Positions 53,244 to 64,000 of a stretch of DNA of 64,000 nucleotides are shown piece by piece (the first letter of the stretch is position 1; every line of letters begins with the position of its first letter). A model generated the notes under the pieces. The model did no database searches. It saw nothing but the letters and a program-made list of their open reading frames with translations, and had not been told where the DNA came from. The translations under genes and the position numbers were made by a program. The stretch lies in the NCBI GenBank assembly GCA_002189035.1, contig NEEC01000004.1:2356001-2420000 (forward strand), written 5' to 3'. This DNA is from Utricularia gibba (Eukaryota; Plantae; Magnoliophyta).

Positions 53244-54402
53244 TAATAATTGATTTTGTGTTACTTATATTTATTCTTTTTAGAACCCACTTGGTTGAGT
53301 TTTGTGTCCTTTTTATCTCATTTTCCTTATGTTTTTAAAAGAATTTTATATCTTTCATGACGCTTTGATCTTTTTGGAGAAAAAATGTGTTTTGTGATTT
53401 TTTAAGATAATTTTGGTATAATTTGGAGGATTATCAAGTTGACTTGAGTGAAGGAAAAGATTTTGTCTATTCGAATGAAGACCCAGTCAAAGATTCTTGA
53501 ATAAGATTTGCATCTTATCTTAGAAAATTTGGATATTATCCTAGAAGATCTGTATCACATCTTAGAAGATCCGAATAGAAGATTTGATATATGTCCATCA
53601 AGAAAACCCAACAAATACTCACCATTATATAATGACTAGAAATCGAAGATCGAAGAGGGGGAGATAGTTTTAGGGTTTAGAGTCGAGTCTAACATATTTT
53701 GGATTTTTTTCCATTCGTTTTCATCAACTTTTGTTATTTAGAGTCGAGCATGTGTGTGAGCGCTTGCAGCTAAGAATCTGCGCTAAAGCCTTGTTTGCGC
53801 AAGTCCTGTCGTGTGACTGTCTTACTATATTTTTCAGCATTTAATTTGAGGTTTGATTCTATTTTTTGCAACGTTTTCTTTACCAGCATAATCTTTAGTA
53901 TCATATAATCCTAAGGGAGCGTGGGAAAATCAAAGATTGGCCTCAAACAACAAAGAAGAAGGGCTGAATAGGACATCATTGGTAAGCGATATTCTATCTC
54001 ATCTATCTGAGAGGTGAGAGGTGTAGAGATTACATTTGGATGTGGGGAAAACATGGGTTATCACTAGAGATGAAATAGCTCTAATAGCGTGGTTAATTCC
54101 ATAATCCCACAAAACAAGGGACAGCGCTATAACGGTCACCAAGTAGTACTACTTTAGAATAACACCTACAAAACTTACACAAGTCAGTCTTCAAGGTTGG
54201 CATACACACAAGGACGAGTTTTAAACATGATGAATTCTAGATCCAAGGCAACTTTTCTTATTGTTTTTAAAACCAAATCTTTTTTTTGTTTTTAGTCTTT
54301 TTTAGTCTTTGTTTAAAAAGAGAATTTCAATAATAATTCTCTATGGATGCGATCTAATTTTATTATTTCGACAGTTTTTGTGTACTTGCAGAATTACCAT
54401 CA
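53244..54402 (+). mobile_element. Solo LTR, family C, TSD AACAT/ACCAT
   Basis: Termini taataattg...taccatca. The 5-bp flanks differ at one base. Collinear with 50082-51026. Confidence 0.75.
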
Positions 54403-55257
54403 ACCATACACATCACAAAGAGTATCTTATAACAATAGGTACATCACACCCTATTTATGAGTAGCCAAGATTCTCTAGAGAAGATGATCAAAAGACCACT
54501 CTTTTACATATTCTTCTATTTAAATTGTTGGATTGGTTGATGTTTGACGTCTAGGGGTAGCAATTAATTGCTTAGATGATTGAATCTCTTCAATAAAATG
54601 AACAAACATTCCTTGATATTTAGCAAGCTGGATTGTCATTTGCTTACATAGATGATAAATGGTATTGTTGATTTTCAAGGTGATGAAAATGAACAAACAA
54701 GAGGGTAGAAATGTGAAAAAGTGGGGTTCAAGAGGACAACGAAATACGAAGAGTTGTTAACTCTTATACCAATAGGAAAAACAATATAAAAATGATGAAA
54801 AAGGCAATGAACCTCAAGAGCGGCACTGGAAATGGAATGGTATTCAAAGATTGATCAAGAATGATTACAAGTTAAACCATAAATAGAAGTAAAGAAAGTG
54901 GTTTGAGATTCACAAAATCCTACAAAATTAGAGAACTATCCTAGATCATGAGCTTGAATAAATGGAAATATATCTCAGTGAATGTTCAAAAAAGATTATG
55001 GTGAGCATGTGCATTGAGTGATGATTTGAATGAGTACAATAAACTTAACCTATCGAACAACTATTGTATCCCGAATGAAAAATGCATTTGCTCCTTATTA
55101 ATTCCTTTCTTACTTCTTACTTCAACCTTATTCTTCCACTGAATGTTTTCTTCATTATCATCATGGTCGGATCTCTGCAATGAGCATTTGGAAGAGAACC
55201 CATTCAAGTTAGATTCGTAGCCATGGGCAAGTAATATACAAGGAGGCACCCAATGCA

Positions 55258-57919
55258 CAAAGACGGAGCTATGAGGGGGGACGGGAAGGCGATGGTAGTT
55301 GCTGTCTCACCCATTTTTTATGAAAAAAGTTTTAGTATATAATAATTATTGTATATAAAAAAGCTTATTGATTGACTTAGTGACTCAAAATTGATTGAGG
55401 TTTAAAGTTTCGATGGAAGCCGAAAAGTTATATGCTTTTCAAGCAATTGCATTTAATGACATGATGAGAGTTCACATTCGACTAACAGGTGCAATGTTTT
55501 GGAGATGATAAGCTACACAAGTATGTTTAACAGTGAAGTTGCTACTATTATTCTTGAAAATGCTCACAAAATGGATCATATACTTCCCCTACAATTCACA
55601 AAGAGATACTTTCTCACTATGCATTAAAATTCAAAGATTCATATGTTTAGAGATTGATGCTTTGAAATTTTGTATTATGATGAATCTCGAGATGAATCGG
55701 AGTAGGAAGCAAATGGCCATTGTGTTAAAATTTGTAAATGGTGATGGTTTTCTCGAAAAAAATTCTTTGATACTGGCTATGTGAAAAATACTAATAAATG
55801 GATAATATGCATGTCGTTGAATAAAATGCTAATTTCTCTACTAAATAAATTTATAAGTCTAATTTACACTCAATCATAAAATAAATACAAAAAAAGTGGA
55901 TTAGGTTTGAATACAAGAAGCTTTGTGTTTGTCATGTGAAGACTAATACATTTTGTTTTTATCATGATAAAAGATTAAATCTAAGCTAGTACCAATGCAA
56001 ATCTCTGATAAAATATAGTAAAGAAATAAACACTAACAAAATGTAAACAATTCAACATAGAATGTTAAATCGTTGCGATATACTCCTGGTTGGAAGTAAT
56101 ATTTGTGATAAACAAAAGAAATCTTCAAAGGTGAACTTGGTAAGTGGTTTATTCTTCTATCTTCATCATTCTTGTGCAATTTTCTTCCTAGATCTCCTTC
56201 TGAGAGCTCCTTACATGTTTTCGAAGTTCCAAGAAATTTTCTCTCATCCCATCTTATCCAAAAATCTGCTTTCTCATCTTTTTGGAATTAAGTTTTTTCT
56301 ATTTCCTTCCTTTTGTCCCATTTTCCTACCACCTTTATTGTTAATCACAAAACACCAAACTGTTTAATAAAATCCTAATTTTATAATATAATATTACTCA
56401 TCTTTTAGGTTCAAAACACTGAAAAATTGTGTGTTATCAAATACTCAATCAGTGATGTTAAATAAAGAGAGATGTGATGTTCTATCTTATCATAATCTAA
56501 GCATACAAGATATTCGAGGACAAGAATATAATAGTGTGCATGGAGAGTGGAATGGTTCACAAGCATCGATCTTAGATGAATGCCCTTATGAATATTACGT
56601 TCATTACTTTGTTCTTAGATTACAATTAGTATTGGTAACAATAGCAAAAAGTATCATCCCTATTGAAAATTTCTTTTCATATATCATGTTGATCATTAAC
56701 TTAATTTCATCTTTTAAACATCAAGATCAATTGCAAAGTGCTAGATTACTGAAAATTAAAGAATTGACCTATGTTGGTGAGCTTGAAAAAGATACTGAAA
56801 AAATCAAATTAGTAGCCAATAATGCCCTAGTAAAACACGTTGGTGTTCTCATTTTAAATCTCTTATTAGTCTACTTGAAATGTTTAATCCAATTATTCAT
56901 GTGTCAGAAGATATAATAGATTATAAGCGCTCTGTTTCATCAAGATCATCAGCTAAAGGAGCTTGTGAGGTAAGATTATTTTTTGAATTTGTGTTTATCT
57001 TGCATTTCATGATAAATTGAGAAAGACAAAAGATCCATGTAGAATATTACAGCATAGAGATCAGGATATATTGAATGCTATTGATTTAGTTGAATATGCT
57101 AAAGAAATCATTCATGGTTTCCAAGAAAATGGATGGAATGAACTGTTAGAAAATGTAAATAAGTTTTAAATGATTCATGATATAGATATTCTTGATATAG
57201 ATGATATTTCTCAAACAAGTAAAGGTCATCCTAGAAAATCTTATTCTGTTACATATGAATATTATTATCGAGATATTTACAAGCACTATAGACTGCATAT
57301 TAGAAGAGATGAGAAGTAGATTTAATGAAAAGGTAGTTGAATTGTTTAAATCGTGTTCAGCTATGAGCCCTAAGGATGGTTATGAATAATGTGATTTTCA
57401 CAAAATTTATGATTAGTTGAAAAGTTCTATCCAACTTATTTTATAGATAAAAAAAAAGTACAATTAAGATATCAATTAGGGCTTTTTGGATGTGATGTTA
57501 AGAGAAATTTCAGTGTCATCTTAAATCTCTCTGCATTGTATCGAATTATGGCAAAATCTAGGAAGTCAGTGAATTATTATTTTGTTGATAGGTTGATTCA
57601 ACTTGTTTTGACTCTTTCAATTTCGATATCAATATCTAAATGTGCATTTTCAGTGATAAAAATTGTGAAGGATCGATTGTGGAATAAAATGGAAAATAAT
57701 TTTTTATCTAGTTCATTGAATATGTATACTAAAAAAAATATTAATCGTGATTTTGGTGTTGATAGTTTCATAAATGAATTTGAAAATATGAAAAGCTGTA
57801 AATTACAATTTATATTATGTTAAATGTATTGTTTTTGAAAATTTATTTTTATATAATGCTATATTGTAATATTGGTATTTAGTCGCTCCTTCTTCTATAA
57901 AATCATGCCTCCGTCCCTG
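55258..57919 (+). mobile_element. hAT transposon remnant (ZMYM1/DUF4371-type transposase)
   Basis: TIRs caaagacggag / ctccgtccctg and degraded 8-bp TSD ccaatgca/ccaatatg. Protein remnants LSIQDIRGQEYN, EIFTSTIDCILEEMRSRFNE and DRLIQLVLTL...CAFSVIKIVKDRLWNKM. Confidence 0.85.
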
Positions 57920-58230
57920 CCAATATGGATGATATGTTGTTGATTGTAAGCGTGAGCATCACAATGACTCGTGCACAGTGGAGACTCTCAGTAATTTTAG
58001 GGTGGCTGCCGGGGGAATTTGATTATGTTTCACTTGTAAATACTGAGAATTGCTATGCTGTCATATGACAAGCTAACTGATGTGTGGGATGATTTATATC
58101 GAGTCCCCATAGACAACGGCATCATTTTCATAGGACAGAACGTGAATGGATGCCCTTAATCATCGATCAGCTCAAGTAGCAACCTTTTGATGTACATTGA
58201 GTTCACGATTGTGTTGGCAGCAAATATTTC

Positions 58231-59151
58231 TTACCTGATAGTGATGTAGCGGTTTGTGCCATGTTTCGCCCAGTGCTCTTTAAGATCAACAGGGTTGGAT
58301 AGATCATGCCCATTTTCTGCCAGCCTGCTGAGAAGCTTACCGAATGCGCTTCCGCTCATCTTACGGCCGCCAACCCGAGCATGTCTCTTGTTCGGTAAAG
58401 CAGGGAGTGGATACATGGATAGATTCATGGTGCAGCAAGATGATTGCCAGCCTCCGCTTCCCCATTTATAGCATGGTCTCACAACACCGGTGCAGGAACA
58501 GACAGGGACAGGCATTGTGGTCTCATCAAACGCAACCTGGTGCTGCTCCTGCCAGTCTTGCTTGCAAGGAGCAATTAGACGATTGCTGCTGTCATGTCCC
58601 TCCTGTTTAATCACCCTCTTCGATGCCTTGGATGCCTTCTTTGAAGCACTGGCAATATGCTTCATCTCCCTTGGATGTTTCCCACGATGGGGGTTCATGG
58701 ATGGTGGCTCGATGGAAAGGGAGGAGGAGTCGTATTGGGGCTCAACGATACGAGGTTGAATGTGCTTTACTCCATGCCGGCACTGAAGAGTGGCGATGGC
58801 ATTGTCCCTTTCCAAAATAGCGGTGTTACGTTCAGCTATAGCTGCATCTCTGTGCAGAATAGCCATGTCTCTTTCAGCCAAGGCAGTTTTCTTCTCAGAA
58901 ATGGCTAAGTTTCTCTCCTGGATAGCAGCATCTCTTTCGGCCATGATCCCCGTTATATGTATCATTGACGGATGTTGCTGCTGCATTAACCACTGCGAAC
59001 AACACATCAGACTCGAAGTTTATGTGTTCACCCAAATGCCAAGGCAAGCCACAGACAAATAAACTGAAAGAGTTTGATGTACTTGACACTGAGCCTGAGG
59101 AGGAGGTTTATGCCCTCCATTTTCACAGTGCCCAGTCCCATTCTCATCCAT
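58231..59151 (-). CDS. BPC6-like: BARLEY B RECOMBINANT/BASIC PENTACYSTEINE class II (BPC4/5/6-like) GAGA-binding factor, 276 aa; coding exons 59151-59083 and 58992-58231
   Basis: [15 protein letters not shown]...Q|[10 protein letters not shown] with a 90-bp GT-AG intron. Alanine-zipper [13 protein letters not shown] repeats and C-terminal CSCTG...[15 protein letters not shown]...[13 protein letters not shown] with five Cys. Confidence 0.93.
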
Positions 59152-59777
59152 CAACAAAATCTCTACACCCACAGATATGAAGAAAGTTTAGCATAACAAA
59201 AATCAGGAAACATAGAAATTGACCAGCAGGTGAACCAACACTTGGAACCAGAAGAAATCATGAAGAAATTCATTCATGCATCCACCCCCAAATCTCTCAA
59301 GAACAACAACCAGAAATATCCTTTTTTATTCTGGATCCATCATTTGGCACCCCACCTTTTTTCCCTTTTTCAATTTCCCGCACCCAGAAGACAATAACAA
59401 TAAAAAGAGCAGAATGCATGTTTCTTTCAATTGCCTTGGCACTCTCACACACACACACAAAGAAGTGGACCTTGGCGACCCTGTGTTTCCTTTTTAACAA
59501 TTGATTGTGGTGGTTGGAGCCTGGCATTAATCATGTGATTTCCTTATTTTCCTACCATTCATTATTTCATTGAGATTCCACTTCCCGATAATCAAAATGT
59601 TGATTATATTAGAATATTACTGATATAACGTCGACAGTTGCGTTCGCTAAAAAGAGGTTAACTGTTATTCATTGAATCAAACTGCTGAATGATGTAACTT
59701 TTTTTCATGCAAATACAAAAGTGAACATTAAATTAGTTTCCCTATGGAATAAATATTACACTCGTGAAAATCGTTTC

Positions 59778-59831
59778 GGCCCAATATCATACTCTTGGGC
59801 CCTTAATGGGTCTCAGTTTACACGTGGGCCC
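59778..59831. promoter_or_regulatory. Site II/TCP-type motifs and G-box in the likely BPC promoter
   Basis: ggccca (59778), tgggccc (59796) and cacgtgggccc (59821-59831) are clustered about 650 bp upstream of the BPC ATG. Confidence 0.45.
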
Positions 59832-60837
59832 CCAATTACTACAACTTGCATCCGCAGTCTGGATGGTTACATTTTCAGTGAACAAACACACTGCAAGTGT
59901 ACAAGACCTTTTTTTTAATTTTAATTTGGTAATAAGTAAATAAAATCATTTGAATGGGACCGGGGCGGGGAGCGAGTGTTTAGTGGTGCCGTGCCATAAA
60001 GGTGTGGGTGGACCCCACCGCCCCAACCCCAATATAATATAATACTAATAACTCCCGTCCCGGGTTTCTGTGCCAAGAAAATGAGGATCCAAACCTCACC
60101 TCTGCGGCTTGGGCAACAAACATTCCAATGAAACCAACCTTAAAGTCACTTACTCTAGCATGGATGATGTCATCTTCTCCAATTTCACATAGCAAAAGGG
60201 AAAGGGTGTTGTCGTTATCAGAGTTAACCCAAATGCCCCCTCCCCAACGAGTCCGGCGACCACCCTCGTACGGAAGGACAGTGTCTAGCGAGCGGTTGTC
60301 TTCAGCCAGTCAGTGAGTCATCGAAATGAGTCGATGAGAGGAGAAAGGGGGAGGGAACTGGAAGGGAGAGGGGAGAAATAAATTTATAGGTAAGATTCCG
60401 TCCCAGTCCCAGTCCAGTTTTGAAGGAAGTGTGTAGCGTGGGGCGGGCCCTAGAGGTAGCCGCCCCTCCTCCCCTCTCCTCTCCTCTCCTCTCAATAATG
60501 GCTACTAATTTCCCATTTAATGAGGCATTAAACCCACTGTTAAGTCGACTGCCATGGGAACTGGGAAGGGAAGGGGCCATAACCATAACCAACACTTGTC
60601 CACTGATTATCTTTATTTTCTAATTTTGGGAAATCCAACAACAAGCCCCTCAGCATATTTGGTTGATATATTAGACATCTGATTTTATATGTGAAAAATG
60701 GAAATATTGGCTGCCTTTCTTTTCCCCTGTGCCACTGGATCTGATTGCATCCGGCGGGAGTAGTCGTTTGATACATAATTTTATATTGAATAATATATTA
60801 TAATCATATATTTGGTGATAGATATATGACCAATTCT

Positions 60838-61460
60838 TGTGTTAATCATCCTGATAGGTCTCAAAATCTGTAAATGCCATGTGAAAATCAAAACAGAAGA
60901 TCATTGTGAATCGGTTCATTGGGGAGTGACCAAATTGGTTTTCCTCGACATAAATCTGTGGGAAAAAGATCTCAAAAGTCTTCTAACCCCCGGTATGCCA
61001 ACAAACCGAAAAGTATCAAAATCTGATAGCAGTAGCCATTTTGTAGTTTTGAAAAGTAGCCGAATTATAAGAATATCAAAGTAAACGATGGTTATCTGTC
61101 AGCGAGACTATGGTACGACTACTATTCACATAAAGTAACCAATCTCGATAGAATTTGATCGACTTCAGTTCTCCCTATAAATAAGAGAAAGTTGGAAAAA
61201 TAAAGGATTGATCTCTCTTCATTCTACTTGTATTCTTCCCTCTTCCTTAGGTTAATGAATCTCATTTTTTAGTGAACTCCGTCAATTCGATGGTTTTTTT
61301 GTCTTCCAGCATTTTCCATATAAAATTTCTGATCTCTTTTTATCATTTTTGTTAAAACCACAACCTATAATACCCACATACCTTAAATTGAACCCAAGCA
61401 ATTCGGTCCAGTAGCTCGGAAATCGGACTCCCTTGATATAACTGATTTCTGACCATAACA
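60838..61460 (+). mobile_element. Solo-LTR-like element
   Basis: TG...CA ends (tgtgttaatc / cataaca) and an internal ctataaata followed by a CT-rich tract. No TSD and no second copy in the window. Confidence 0.4.
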
Positions 61461-63480
61461 CATCCATTTATATTGAAATACAAACCTATGTATGAGATGA
61501 GTTGAGTTAATCATACAATAGTAAAATAAGATATTATTTTTTTATTTTTCAATTGCATGATAAATAATTATGTATAAATGAACAATTATGGATATTTTAA
61601 TAATCTTATATATAAAATTAAATTATAAACATTTATCTCAAACGAATAATAAATAGTTTTTCCTAAATAATATTTTGTTTAAATCACTTGCTTCTAGTAC
61701 AAATTAATCTTAGTCACTCATATTTAATATTGTGTAACATTAAAAATTACTACCAAACAAGCACTTGTTTAATAAACAAACACAATGTTATACTAAATTG
61801 GCAACACCATCTCGATGGATGGTGTTTTTTTCATTGGAAGAAGGGTAATCAGTACAGGGTGGGGTTGCGTCATGGCGCTGCTTCATTGGTTGCACTGGTG
61901 CGCAACGGCAAGTACACACTGTTGTGGCTAAGAAATGCTTCCCTCAGTGCATTCCCCCCTTCCCTTCCCCACAAATACGCTGACACTCACCCGATCAGAT
62001 CAGATGAGATCAGATCAGGGATGGTGGTGGGTATTATGCCCTACTAGGCACTGCGCTTTGGCGTTGTCGCTGTTCGATGCCCTCACATGACCTCCACGTG
62101 ACTTGACATCTTTCTGCTACCTCAGTCGCGTGCGTCTGTCTGGTGCGGTGTAGTAGCAGTCTCACATTAGCTTCAACACATGACCATTATTTGAAGTGAA
62201 ACCCGTTTGTTGTTTTGCTTGGCGAAAGCGATAATGTTGAGGAGGAGCATGATGGGATGGGATGCGCCTGGGGCTGGGAATTGGGGATTGGGGATGATGA
62301 GCCGCGGCTCATAAAGCTGCTGTAGTTTTTGAAATACATGTAATAATATCAATTTATGTGAAAAAGTGCGACAGCCAGGGAGGCTTTTTTTGTGTGTGTG
62401 CTCGCCAGCCTGTCTGTGTTCCTCATAAACGCCTTCAATTATTTTGTCTCCAAATCACGTGTTTAATTTCATAATAAAATAAGTATTTCTCAAATTTCCC
62501 ATCATTAATTACTATAATTGTTCAAATTATTTTGAAAATCCATTTTTTGTAGATATATTCGATTTCATATACACGTTAGCATATATATTTTGATATTCTA
62601 ATAACTGATTTGTATTCAAATGAATTCGTTAATAATGCAGTCGGATGTGGTGTTTATTTAGATCTGTTACATTGGCAATGGTTACTAAATCATAATTATT
62701 TCTGTGATTTTTAGTGATATTCTTTGAATAAAAAATAATACTAATTTAAAGCATAGATTTGAAAAAAATTGTAGTATCATCTTAAAATTGAAAAATCTAA
62801 CATTTTATCTAAAAAATGATAAATTATGTACTATTTGATAATTTGATATGAATATTGAAAATTGATATATGGATGGAGACACTAGTTTAGGATTGAGACG
62901 CGCATAAAACATGTACCGTAAATGTCCTGCGATTAAAAATTGAATAAGAAACCGCGTTCTTGGATGTGCACGTCCTTGTACCAAGCGGAGTCTCCGATAT
63001 TGTGTTTGTATGAAATGACGCTGATTTGTTTTTATTGTATTTGAAAACTGCAAATTAAAGATATCATTTTAATTTTATTTTTAAATGCGCTGTTAAAAAT
63101 TGCAGTTAGTTGTAAGATATGAGGTGTTACTTGTTTTTCTTTTGTTTATTAGAAAACTAATGTACAGTAAGATATTTACTCGTACCTAGCATTACTAAAG
63201 TAAATTGCTCGCTGATTCCCTAATCCATGTTCAAAGTCCCGTGCTCTTTTCATTCATTCAACTTGTACGCAACGGGTCTTTTTTAATTTTTTTTATTTAT
63301 GTAAATTTAAACATAAAATCCATACAATAAATGTTTTTAATTATTGCATGCTACACAATAAATCAACAGCCGACTGTTTCAGTTTTGTATATCTTTTATG
63401 GAAAAATTGATTAACCAGAATCATGGTCGCGCCCGATTGAATGATTTGAACTTTCCCTAATTGTAAAAATCACGCATTGA

Positions 63481-63503
63481 TTATTATTATTATTATTATT
63501 ATT
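63481..63503. repeat. (TTA)n microsatellite
   Basis: Read directly: ttattattattattattattatt. Confidence 0.8.
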
Positions 63504-64000
63504 AATATTACTATTACTGTGGTTGTTGTTTTTCCAATTCAAGGGCGTGGGGTGGGGCTTGGATCGGTAACTACTTTAGGCGTACAAGTTGGTTTGCATG
63601 TGCAAGGGTAAAGCTGTGGAATAAATGTATAAAGGGAATCCCAAAAATAACTTTCAAGTACGTGTTGCCTCCAAAGCTCCTTTTCCTTTTACGTTTGTGC
63701 ATAGGCTCCAGGCATGGGATGCTGCGTCAAGAAATAACCTAATTCAACTTGGGATTAATGAACGCCTGGGCTACCCGCCTGCACCTACGGAAAACAGTTG
63801 TCATTACCTAATTTATTAGGATTTTTCTTATCAGCAATTTGTTTGAACTATGTAGCTTCCTGCCTGCGGCCTCCTCTGTTATTAGCAGTTTACCAGCTGC
63901 TTGTTGATAATTTAACTTTTTTTTTTTCTGTAAGATCAAGTTGATAAAATACAATGATTTTAAATTATAGATATAAAATAATAAACTTGGTGTGAGAAAC

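Noticed and set aside
62020-62085. tRNA gene or tRNA-derived SINE (B-box-like gttcgatgc)
   Set aside because: There is no convincing A box, cloverleaf, poly-T/A tail or TSD.
62141-62312. miR171-like precursor (tggtgcggt ... tgagccgcg)
   Set aside because: The matches are only 9-nt cores, and the two segments do not pair as a miRNA/miRNA* duplex.

Overview
AT-rich nuclear DNA from a flowering plant, probably a eudicot; the species cannot be determined from sequence alone. Five host genes are present: an intronless S1-group bZIP (12311-12763,+), an 8-exon purple acid phosphatase (13008-15076,-), a 4-exon RD19-type papain-like protease (19605-21371,+), an intronless glyoxal/aldehyde oxidase (33247-34908,-) and a class II BBR/BPC GAGA-binding factor (58231-59151,-). 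More than half of the window is decayed, often nested transposons. These comprise an Athila-like Gypsy pol/ORF2 remnant, two Copia elements with both LTRs and exact 5-bp TSDs, about seven solo LTRs from three families, three hAT remnants, a hAT MITE, a PIF/Harbinger deletion derivative and a TRIM. Most notable: (1) the S1 bZIP leader has no AUG and carries what looks like a dead sucrose-sensing (SIRT) uORF, open in frame into the main ORF; (2) an orphan three-exon SEC14/CRAL-TRIO fragment with an open spliced frame lies between inverted LTR pieces next to a TRIM; (3) the bZIP and PAP 3' ends converge within 244 bp; (4) PAP and RD19 each show a 1-nt loss in a G5 run, which suggests homopolymer assembly error. 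All alignments and identities were judged by eye, and family assignments rest on recalled motifs rather than database searches.
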